This document shows, piece after piece, positions 11,371-21,985 of a stretch of 64,000 nucleotides of DNA. Numbering within the stretch: the stretch's first letter is position 1; each line of letters begins with the position of its first letter. The position numbers and the translations under genes are program-made. This DNA is from Macrostomum lignano (taxonomy: Eukaryota): the NCBI GenBank assembly GCA_002269645.1, contig NIVC01000118.1, positions 124,001-188,000 of the forward strand, given 5' to 3'. The notes under the pieces are model-generated. The model did no database searches. It was not told the origin of the DNA and worked only from the letters and a program-made list of their open reading frames with translations.

Positions 11371-12875
11371 TTTACGAGCTGTCGTATTCTGATGCTGCTA
11401 AGTTTTAAGGTTTGTTTCTATCAAATTTATATGAAAGTGCCTAGGGTCTCGGCTTTGGCGACAGTGAGAATATAGTGAGTATAGTTGGCTAATATAGCTT
11501 TTTGTCTTTTCAGATTTATTCTTACTAAACTAGCGTCCCTGACAACCGTGTGGTACAGAAGAGAGCAATGTACAGAAGGGACAGTCGAACAAATTTCTGT
11601 CTAGCGCAGTGCTAGACCTATTGTACCCCATTGCAGTTTGTCATGTGATGCCTGTCCAAAATAGCAATACAGAGCAAGTATAACGCGGTGTATAACGCCG
11701 CCGATGAGATGGGGAACCGCTTTCCTCACGACGGCGGGGTTTACACAACACAGCGCATGCAATTAACAGCACTAGACATGCCCGTAACTACGGGGGCGAG
11801 AGTTAGACGGTTAGACTTGGCGGATTACTCTGGTTGCGTTAGAGCAGGGGGAGTTCAGTTCACTGTCCTTCTGTGCGGGCCGGCTCACGCATCCACCCCT
11901 CGGTTGCCACGCCGGTCGGGGTTGGGCATCGATCCCGGGCCTGCCCGCAGCTCCTCCCCAGGTGCGGCCTTCGCGCCGGGCTCATTAAGAATTCTCCGGC
12001 CGGCCGTCACCACTTGTCAACCGTCCAGGTCAAATTGCCGCCTCGCCTTTGATGTCTGTCTGCAATTGATGGAGGCTGCTGTAGTTTGCCATGCGCTGCG
12101 TGTCCTATTGTAGGCTCCGCCAATTCCCATTTCTATTGTCCTGGTTTAATTCCTAAACCCTATAGCAAGGCTGTGCAGTAGCTAGATACCTGTTAATGGC
12201 TTTCTTACCCAAATACTGGTAGTTCTGAGCAGTGCGTCAAGTTTATTTTTAGATATCTTGTACCTATAATTAGGAGCTTCGAAGTTCTGTTTAAACTGCG
12301 AGTTTACTAATACGAAAAACACGGAACAAGGCAAACGAAATATACGAGTATTGTGAACAGGCTTACATCACGGAAACTCTTGGATGATGAAACTTTCTAT
12401 TTTAATGATAATAAAGGTAATTCTTTGCAGTCAAAGAAATTTTCCGTTAAATAGTTACGTCGCTATAATATTATGTTACATGTATAGGAAATAATATATA
12501 GTTATTTCATATTACATATTATCATCGATAGTGTGGCGGACAAGTGCAAGCGCACCTGAAAACAGCCGTTTAGGTGCCCTCGCGCCCACCTGCTCATCAC
12601 GCCGCGTCTATGCGCCACCAACCCCAGAGATTAGGGGTGGGGGTTCGCCCACCTAGCCTGAGCTACGTGGGGGTTGGGGTTGACTGACTGACTAGCGCGT
12701 TGGCCTATTTAACCTGATTGTACGCAGACGCTTGTAAGAACTTTTTGCTCTCCGCAAATACAATTTCAAGTCTGCACGCAGTAGCTACCACAGAATATAC
12801 TGTGTATATTCCGTGGTAGCTACTGCCCGCTTCAATAGTATATATTAACTGTACCCCACAGATTCTAAGATCTGT

Positions 12876-13240
12876 GGGCCACTCAGGCACCTTTACCTAG
12901 TAAACAGCTTTCTACTTTCAGTTCAGTAGCAAAAAAGAATACATAAGCTATTTTATGAAAGTAAAGGCAGCTGAAATAACTTTGATAAGTTTAGAAGCCC
13001 AAGCTTGCAGGCGTAAACAACTTGCTAATTGGTTCAGGAATAATGTACATTGGCCAGTCCACTAAAATGTACATGGCAGCTTTAGGCTGAAAGGCAATAA
13101 AAATTGGGGCTGGGGAGTGTGGAAAGGCTCGGTTGGAGGGTTCAACAAATGAGCCTTGGCTTTAAAAATACATCAAAATGCTTCTGTTTACCTTACTACT
13201 GAACTGAAAGTAGCTCACACGCAAATTTGCTGAGTGGCCC
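12876..13240. mobile_element. Possible ~365-bp MITE-like element with inverted termini
   Basis: gggccactcag (12876-12886) and ctgagtggccc (13230-13240) are reverse complements, as are the internal 18-mers ctactttcagttcagtag and ctactgaactgaaagtag. No clear TSD. Confidence 0.5.
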
Positions 13241-13804
13241 GTCTATATAGTTATTCTAGTATTTATGCTCTACCCCAATCAAAATATTCTTTTGATTGCT
13301 AAGCAGAAACATTTATTGTCTTTCTTAACTGTTTAAGATTTTTTAAGCATTCCAACAGGTTCCTTTATAAAAGTAGTTGCCTAGCTATCAAACGATTTAA
13401 TCGATTTACTACTTGTTTTTGCATCCGAGCCTTGTTATATCGGGTCACAAAACTGTAATCTCATTTCAGTTCGGTGTTTCTGCATTGACTCTTATTACTA
13501 TTGTACTGAAATAAAATTCAAACTATATGTATGCTTCGTAAGATGCGTGATCCAGTTCATAATGTAGTTCTTTTTTAACTAGGTGATATTTTTGGCTCAA
13601 AAGATCAAAAGAACTTTTTGTTTTTCTGATCTTTTTATTGATTTTAATAAACATATTTAAATTAGTTAAAATACATAATTTGACATAAGGTTTTTTGGGT
13701 TTGTCTTTATTGCAATTGTTATTATGAAGCACACACTTTAATTTTGTTTTTTTCTTTTTCCTACTTTAAGTAGTGACAACTGGATTCAAATTTAGTAGTT
13801 TTTA

Positions 13805-15215
13805 GGGTGTAGGAAAGGGCGGTGGGGTGGTGGGTGTAGTAAAGAGCGGTGGGGTGGTGGGTGTAGGAAAGGGCGGTGGGGTGATGGGTGTAGTAAAGAG
13901 CGGTGGGGTGGTGGGTGTAGGAAAAGGCGGTGGCGTGGTGGGTGTAGTAAAAAGCGTTGGGGTGGTGGGTGTAGGAAAGAGCGGTGGGGTGGTGGGTGTA
14001 GGAAAAGGCGGTGGCGTGGTGGGTGTAGTAAAAAGCGTTGGGGTGGTGGGTGTAGGAAAGAGCGGTGGGGTGGTGGGTGTAGGAAAAGGCGGTGGCGTGG
14101 TGGGTGTAGTAAAGAGCGGTGGGGTGGTGGGTATAGGAAAGAGCGGTGGGGTGGTGGGTGTAGGAAAGAGCGGTGGGATGGTGGGTATAGGAAAGAGCGG
14201 TGGGGTGGTGGGTGTAGGAAAGAGCGGTGGGATGGTGGGTGTAGGAAAGAGCGGTGGGGTGGTGGGTATAGGAACGAGCGGTGGGGTGGTGGGTGTAGGA
14301 AAGAGCGGTGGGATGGTGGGTGTAGGAAAGAGCGGTGGGATGGTGGGTGTAGGAAAGAGCGGTGGGATGGTGGGTGTAGGAAAGAGCGGTGGGATGGTGG
14401 GTGTAGGAAAGAGCGGTGGGATGGTGGGTGTAGGAAAGAGCGGTGGGATGGTGGGTGTAGGAAAGAGCGGTGGGGTGGTGGGTGTAGGAAAGAGCGGTGG
14501 GATGGTGGGTGTAGGAAAGAGCGGTGGGATGGTGGGTGTAGGAAAGAGCGGTGGGATGGTGGGTGTAGGAAAGAGCGGTGGGATGGTGGGTGTAGGAAAG
14601 AGCGGTGGGATGGTGGGTGTAGGAAAGAGCGGTGGGATGGTGGGTGTAGGAAAGAGCGGTGGGATGGTGGGTGTAGGAAAGAGCGGTGGGATGGTGGGTG
14701 TAGGAAAGAGCGGTGGGGTGGTGGGTGTAGGAAAGAGCGGTGGGGTGGTGGGTATAGGAACGAGCGGTGGGGTGGTGGGTGTAGGAAAGAGCGGTGGGAT
14801 GGTGGGTGTAGGAAAGAGCGGTGGGATGGTGGGTGTAGGAAAGAGCGGTGGGATGGTGGGTGTAGGAAAGAGCGGTGGGATGGTGGGTGTAGGAAAGAGC
14901 GGTGGGATGGTGGGTGTAGGAAAGAGCGGTGGGATGGTGGGTGTAGGAAAGAGCGGTGGGGTGGTGGGTGTAGGAAAGAGCGGTGGGATGGTGGTGTAGG
15001 AAAGAGCGGTGGGATGGTGGGTGTAGGAAAGAGCGGTGGGATGGTGGGTGTAGGAAAGAGCGGTGGGATGGTGGGTGTAGGAAAGAGCGGTGGGATGGTG
15101 GGTGTAGGAAAGAGCGGTGGGATGGTGGGTGTAGGAAAGAGCGGTGGGGTGGTGGGTGTAGGAAAGAGCGGTAGGGTGGTGGGTATAGGAAAGAGCGGTG
15201 GGGTGGTTGTTGAGT
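13805..15215. repeat. 27-bp G-rich minisatellite (ggtgggtgtaggaaagagcggtgggat), ~52 units
   Basis: Tandem periodicity is directly visible; it explains the VGVGKSGGM and HHPTALSYT ORFs. Confidence 0.97.
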
Positions 15216-15889
15216 AAGGAAAGACCGGGGAGGATTGAAATAGTAAGAAAAAGTGTTATTGTTGAGGAGTTGATGAAGCAGAGACTGATTACAGTGGCAG
15301 AGCAATAGGAGCCGAATTTAGATATTCAAGGCGGCTAGTTCCATTTGGTTTTGTTGGGCTTATATTGTGATTTTCTGTTTAAACATTTGCTTGTTACAAG
15401 CATTAGAGCTGGGTAAATGCAGCGATTTATTATTTATTAAATAAACCGGTTTGATTCTAATTACCTTCTCTTACGCTTTAAACGCCGAGTAAGTAGTACG
15501 GGTGGTTATTTTTTCTCCAAATATAAACGGCAACGCCTAATCAAGGAGCCAACCAATCGGCTTGCACTCCTCGGCTTGTATAAAAAGGGACAGTTTTATA
15601 CAATTTAGACAGTCTCTTATGCTAAACTGCTGCCAAATAACTTCTCAAATTTTTACTGGTAGTGCTTGCGTTGTGAGCAGTCTGCAGAGTCCTAATTAAC
15701 ACTTAAAATCTAAATCTAGTATATTATGGAAGTTGCTGGAGGAGTGCTACTGTTTTAGTGTCTACTTTATCGATTAGAATTTTTCGGCTATCAGACCGGT
15801 GAGTAATTGGGTGAGATTTGCGGTACTAGGAGAAATTTTGGCTCTTTTCATGAGGTACTGCTTCCTTCTGCTCCCCTCATCTTGATTTC

Positions 15890-16175
15890 ATTTTTCCCTC
15901 CGCATGTTCTTCCGAATCCCCTGCATACATCTTCCCCTCCGCATCCCCTCTGCACCCTTCCAAATATCCTCCGCATCCCTTCCATTTCCCCTCCGCATCC
16001 TGTCTCCCCCTCTGTCCCCCCTCTGCATCCCCTCCTTCTCCCCCTCCGCATCCCCTTCTTCTCCCCCTCTGCATCCCCTCCGTCTCCCCCTCCGCATCCC
16101 CTCCGTCTCCCCCTCTGCATCCCCTCCATCTCCCCCTCGAAATCCTCTGCATCTCCCCTGCCGCACCCCTCCTTC
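15890..16175. repeat. Degenerate C-rich repeat (ctccccctc(t/c)gcatcccctc)
   Basis: Repeated ccctccgcatcc / ccctctgcatcc motifs. Confidence 0.8.
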
Positions 16176-16936
16176 CCTATCTATAAATCTGAGTACCTGT
16201 AAACTGCTTATCTCTATCCGCTACATGTATATCATCTAATTAGCTCATAATTCTATAAATTTATAAAAACTTAAAACCAGTTTTGCATTAATATATCTAA
16301 TTCATATATAGTTGAGGCTATCAGTGCCCAGTCTGCACTTGCACTTGTACATGTGAGGGAGTAAAAATGTACAGGTACACTGGCATGAGTCTAGCACCGC
16401 TATAGTCCAATCTAAGTGCGCAGCTACTCATCAATGACCAGTCAGAGTGAGACAGGGCTATAGCTCTTATCTATTAATGGCCATCAGCTAAAACTATAGC
16501 CATCAAATTGCAATGAAATATCTGAACAGCCGATTGAGTCATTGAGTCAGCCGATCAATAATTCATAATTCCCAGTTGACAGCCAAACAATGCAACAGAA
16601 GCAAGCGGGCTGAAGTTAAGGCCAAATTTATTCCACTTTTTATGCTTTTTTGTAGAAATTCGCGAGAACTGAGGAAAAACTTCGTGTTGAGGTTTTTAGA
16701 AACTTCCTCTGCATTCGATAATTGGTTTCATGGTTTCACAATTCTAATTCAAAGCAAGCATTGGTTGGTGCAATGGCAACTTTCCAAGGACTGCCATTTT
16801 CAATCGGTTATGTACATCCTGGATTTGAAAACTGTCAGACCGAAACACCATTCATTAGCATGATTGTCTGGCCTAGAAATCAGGGCTTGTCAGTGCTAAA
16901 GCTTTTAGGGGATGGCACCAAATTGTAATAGTCAGA

Positions 16937-17283
16937 GATGGCGCCGAAAGATAATCGTCAGGAATGGCGCCAAAATATAATCATCAGGGATGGCGCCAAA
17001 ATATAATAGTCAGGAATGGCGCCAAATTATAATCGTCAGGAGTGGCGCCAAATTATAATCGTCAGGAATGGCGCCAAATTATAATCATCAGGAATGGCGC
17101 CAAATTATAATCGTCAGGAGTGGCGCCAAATTATAATCGTCAGGAATGGCGCCAAATTATAATCATCAGGAATGGCGCCAAATTATAATCGTCAGGAATG
17201 GCGCCAAATTATAATTATCAGGAATGGCGCCAAATTAAAATCAGGAATGGCGCCAAATTATAATCATTAGGAATGGCGCCAAA
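16937..17283. repeat. ~26-bp minisatellite (caggaatggcgccaaattataatcgt)
   Basis: About 13-14 units, each with a GGCGCCAAA core. Confidence 0.93.
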
Positions 17284-17859
17284 AATACAGTAGTCAGCGC
17301 AGGCGCTAAAATCAAGCCCGCCGGGCGCAAATGGTTCCGAATTCCAATCCAGGTCTAGTAGTAGTCCATGGCCTCAGTCGTCCATGGCTTGTTAAAAATT
17401 TATCACTGATGATTATAAAATCGGCAAAGTCGCTGATGACTGGACTCTGACGGCTATTAGAGCCTCCGGGTGTCCCCAGGGCCTTGAAATTGCTTTCTAC
17501 TCGATCAGTGGCTGAGTGGCCACTGCAGGCAGGCGGAGGCGCATTGAGGGAATTTCCCAGAAAAAAACAGTTTACACAATAAAATTCCAATTCGCGACTG
17601 TCGCCGCCTTTTAAATTGACTTTTCGATGCATTGCGACGCCGTCAACGAGCGAAATTGGGAAAAAAACTAAATTCCCAAATCGACAATTGTCTGCATCAA
17701 TTTTTACTGGAAACTGAGCCATGTACATCAGTGTATATAGTATCGTAAATGTACAAATCGACGTGGCTTTTACCGCAAAAAATTGAATATAAAAGCGGTG
17801 CCAAAATTAGGTCGGAAACGCCGTAAATTGAGTGAAGAGAGGCACTAATATTTACTGTC

Positions 17860-18430
17860 AAAAGAGGCGCCAGTATTGAGTCAAAGGAGGAGCCAACCAA
17901 TATGAGTCAAAACAGGCGCCAGAATTTAGTCAAAAGAGGCGCCAATATTGAGTAAAATGAAGCGCCGATATTGAATCAAAAGAGGCGCCAATATGAGTCA
18001 AGTGGCGCCAATATTGAGACAAAAGAGGCGCCAATATTGTGTCAAAAGTGGCGCCAATATTGGGTCAAAATAGCCCCAATATTGAGTCAAAAAAGGCACC
18101 AATATGGAGTCAAAATAGGCGCCAATGTTGAGTCAAAAAGGCACCAATATTGAGTCAAAAGATGCGCCAATATTGAGTCAAAAGAGGTGCCAATATTGAG
18201 TCAAAAGAGGCGCCAATATTGAGTCAAGAAGGCACCAACATGGAGTCAAAAGAGGCGCCAGAGTTTAGTCAAAAAGTCCCCAGTATCAAGTTAAAAGAGA
18301 GGCCAATATTGAGTCAGAAGAGGCGCCAGAGTTTAGTCAAAAAGGCCCCAGTATCAAGTCAAGAAGGCACCAATATTGAGTCAAAAGAGGCGCCAGTATT
18401 GAGTCGAAAGAGACGCCAATATTGAGTCGA
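17860..18430. repeat. ~23-bp degenerate minisatellite (gtcaaaagaggcgccaatattga)
   Basis: More than 20 degenerate units are visible. Confidence 0.9.
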
Positions 18431-18568
18431 GTCGCCAATATTGAGTCAGAAGCTGAGCCCAAAGTCAAGTCTCAAATTCGCAGTTTTATCAGTAAACTGT
18501 CTATCACTGAACTTCGCTCACAGAGCGCCCTCAAGCAGCTGCCGACAGCAAGAAACTTCGCGGCCGCA

Positions 18569-20577
18569 ATGAGCAGCCGATTTACAGGCTGTTGGTCGAC
18601 TTCGCCGCCCAAAATTCGCCTCTTTCTGCTGCTCCTGATGATGTTTGGATTCTTTGCCGGAACAGCTCAGGCTATGTGGGTGCAGAAGTACGAGCGGCTG
18701 GCCTACTCGATTCCCGAGCCGCAAGGTCAGAAATTTTACAAAATTTGTTGTGCGTGACTGACAGAGCAGCAAAATGTTTATCGTGCATGCATTAACTTTT
18801 AATTTTTAGGGAGCCGTAGCTATAAGGGGCGCCAATATTTAGTGTCTCGGTTGGTGTCCTTGTCTGTGAGATTGCTGATTTGTTGATTTATTTGCTGACT
18901 CTTAGTTGGCGCCCCAGTCTCTTAGTTGGCGCCCCAGTCTCTTAGTTGGCGCCACTGTCTCTTAGTTGGCGCCACTGTCTCTTAGTTGGCGCCACTGTCT
19001 CTTAGTTGGCGCCCCAGTCTCTTAGTTGGCGCCCTAGTCTCTTAGTTGGCGCCCTAGTCTCTTAGTTGGCGCCCCAGTCTCTTAGTTGGCGCCCCAGTCT
19101 CTTAGTTGGCGCCACTGTCTCTTAGTTGGCGCCACTGTCTCTTAGTTGGCGCCATTTTCTCTTAGTTGGCGCCCTAGTCTCTTAGTTGGCGCCACCGTCT
19201 CTTAGTTGGCGCCACTGTCTCTTAGTTGGCGCCATTGTCTCTTAGTTGGCGCCACTATCTCTTGGTTGGCGCCCCAGTCTCTTAGTTGGCGCCATTGTCT
19301 CTTAGTTGGCGCCCTAGTCTCTTAGTTGGCGCCACCGTCTCTTAGTTGGCGCCCCAGTCTTTTAGTTGGCGCCCCTGTCTCTTGGTTGGCGCCACTTTCT
19401 CTTAGTTGGCGCCCAGTTGTCTCATGATTGGCGCCACTTTCTCTTAGTTGGCGCCCAGTTGTCTCATGATTGGCGCCCAGTTGTCTCATGATTGGCGCCT
19501 AGTTGTCTCATGGTTGGCGCCCAGTTGTCTCATGGTTGGCGCCTAGTTGTCTCATGGTTGGCGCCCAGTTGTCTCATGGTTAGCGCCCGTCTATTGGTTG
19601 GCTCTGAACGTATGTAGTGCTGTCATAAAGTTTTTCACTTTTTCCTTTATGATCCTTCATGTCACAGACCTACAGCCGCGGGGGGCTACATGCCGTATCT
19701 CGAATTTAGTTTTTGCCTCGGGGTCAATAAACCCGACATAACGAGCCCCTGTTCACTAGACAACTTGATCAGCATTTAGTGCACTGTGCAAATAAACTAT
19801 TAATTGCCTCAACTGATGGAGCCGTGGAAAGTTTTGTCAATCATCTCAACAAGCAGCCGGTGCAATATTTTTTTACTTAATTGGCTAAGCAAAAATGTTT
19901 CATTCTAGGTGGCTGGCAATGTCCTTTTGGTTGCTATGCCATTGAAACTGGAACTGGGTGCTTGTGTCGGTGTGGAGAATTGCTGACTGGGGAATTGCTG
20001 GCTGAGGAAGAAGTGACTGGGGAATTGCTGGCTGAGGAAGAAGTGACTGGGGAATTGCTGGCTGAGGAAGAAGTGACTGGGGAATTTCTGGCTGAGGAAG
20101 AACTGACTGGGGAATTGCTGGCTGAGGAAGAAGTGACTGGGGAATTTCTGGCTGAGGAAGAACTGACTGGGGAATTGCTGGCTAGGAAGAATTGACTGGG
20201 GAATTGCTGGCTGAGGAAGAAGTGACAGGGGAATTGCTGGCTGAGGAAGAATTGACTGGGGAATTGCTGGCTGGGGAATTGCTGGCTGAGGAAGAAGTGA
20301 CAGGGGATTGCACTTGTGTAGATCAATAAATGCGTGCTAAACTGACTAAATAATGTTAAATTTTACAGCAGTCCACCGCCGCTCTCAAACAGCTGCACCA
20401 GTCGCCAGCAGAGGCGAGGTCATATCCTACTTTCCCTGCTCCTACGGCGGCATCCCATATCCGGTTTCCTGCGGCTCCGGCGCCGGGCCAAGAGTGTTCC
20501 GTTCTAAGAAAGGATTTCTAGTCTGCGTGTGCCTCTGCTCAGCTGAGGCCGCCGGGCCCAACTGCCTGCCTGACTGA
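18569..20577 (+). CDS. Uncharacterised small secreted Cys-rich protein, 121 aa in the two-exon model (18569-18725, 20369-20577); possible extra exon from 19909
   Basis: ATG, hydrophobic signal peptide IRLFLLLLMMFGFFAGTAQA, phase-1 donor caag|gtcaga, phase-1 acceptor ttttacag|ca, dibasic HRR, 6-Cys C-terminal domain, TGA at 20575-20577 and AATAAA at ~20670. Confidence 0.7.
18899..19590 (-). repeat. 20-bp minisatellite (gtctcttagttggcgcccca), reverse-complement relative of the 6012 and 50668 arrays; drifts to a 23-bp unit at the right end
   Basis: Reverse complement ggcgccaactaagagactgg aligns with ggcgcccaccaagagacagg. Confidence 0.93.
19976..20306. repeat. 30-bp minisatellite (gaattgctggctgaggaagaagtgactggg)
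   Basis: About 10 units; one unit near 20183 lacks a base. Confidence 0.93.
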
Positions 20578-20737
20578 CTGTCGGCTAATATAACACTTTA
20601 TTAACTTTTAATCCAGTACCTGACCGTTCTATCAATAATTAGAAATTACTTGAAGCTTAAGGCATCGAAATAAATATTGATTCCCTCTCCGCTATTTAGC
20701 CTGCGTTGTGTCTTAGTGAATTTTGTGTTAAAATATA

Positions 20738-21286
20738 CCATAAATGGGAGATTAATATGTCTGCTCAGAATGCCAAAAATGGGAGATGAATATGTCTGCT
20801 CAGAATGCCATAAATGGGAGATGAATATGTCTGCTTAGAATGCCATAAATGGGAGATTAATATGTCTGCTCAGAATGCCAAAAATGGGAGATTAATATGT
20901 CTGCTCAGAATGCCAAAAATGGGAGATTAATATGTCTGCTCAGAATACCATAAATGGGAGATTAATATGTCTGCTTAGAATGCCATAAATGGGAGATTAA
21001 TATGTCTGCTCAGAATACCATAAATGGGAGATGAATATGTCTGCTCAGAATGCCATAAATGGGAGATTAATATGTCTGCTTAGAATGCCATAAATGGGAG
21101 ATTAATATGTCTGCTCAGAATGCCATAAATGGGAGATTAATATGTCTGCTTAGAATGCCATAAATGGGAGATTAATATGTCTGCTCAGAATGCCATAAAT
21201 GGGAGATTAATATGTCTGCTCAGAATGCCATAAATGGGAGATTAATATGTCTGCTCAGAATGCCATAAATGGGAGATTAATATGCC
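20738..21286. repeat. 35-bp minisatellite (cataaatgggagattaatatgtctgctcagaatgc)
   Basis: Period of 35 measured between successive atgggag motifs (20744 and 20779). Confidence 0.95.
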
Positions 21287-21985
21287 TGTTTTGAAGTTGA
21301 AGACGAACTGACAAATGAAAAATAAGTTTGAAACTTTACAAATGTTTAGGGCATTAAGATATTCATAGCAAATAAATTTGGTGCATTTCAATTCACATTG
21401 GTTGTTGGGACGCTAATTCAACTTTGAAATAAATTTATTTTACTTAGCAAATGCAAATTAAAGTTAAAAAACAGATTACATGGCAATGGGTACTATTAGA
21501 AAAACTAAAATGTTTTTGGAATGGATTTAAACTTGCTGGTTAAATTTTGATAGGTAATAAAACTTGTGCGCCACAGTTAATGCATACACAGAAACGCATA
21601 TTACTACTAGTGGCTAGGGGACGAGTAGTATAGTCTGCGTTAAGAAGACGATGTCAATAAAAAACTAAAAAAACACGATGAAGAATGTTGTTTTAATGCA
21701 AAAATATTGTAATTAAACATACCATAGCACAGCTTCTCCCCTATGGTTTTGTTTACAAAATAAGCTTTCGTAAAAAATCAAGCTCACGATGCGAGTTCAC
21801 CTAAGATCAATGGAAACTTTGCAGTTTCCTAGTAACTATTTGAAGGCTTTTAATTATTTAAGTTTCTTATTGTAAGCAGATTAAAGTGCTCAACTTAGCT
21901 AAAGATAGATTTAAATAGCATAGATAAATCAGTACAACAAACAAAAGGACGGCATAAAAGAGATGACAAGTCAAGAAGCGGTCAG

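Noticed and set aside
11700-11735. SECIS-like ATGA...AA...GA hairpin
   Set aside because: Only about 7 nt separate ATGA and AA (11-12 expected), and it does not lie in the 3' UTR of a UGA-containing gene.
11878-11990. HDV-like ribozyme (GGCCGGC...GCCGGTC GGGG)
   Set aside because: P1 can form, but I could not fit P3/L3 directly before P1' or find a proper J4/2 catalytic segment.
11688-12113. 141-aa ORF
   Set aside because: GTG start, no recognisable domain and no splice support.
13761-15305. 514-aa and 390-aa repetitive ORFs
   Set aside because: Products of the 27-bp array.
17312-17728. 138-aa minus-strand ORF as a transposase remnant
   Set aside because: No DDE, RT or Rep/helicase motifs are recognisable.
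16937-21286. CRISPR-like appearance of regularly spaced repeats (also elsewhere in the window)
   Set aside because: Units are head-to-tail with no unique spacers, no cas genes are present and the context is eukaryotic.
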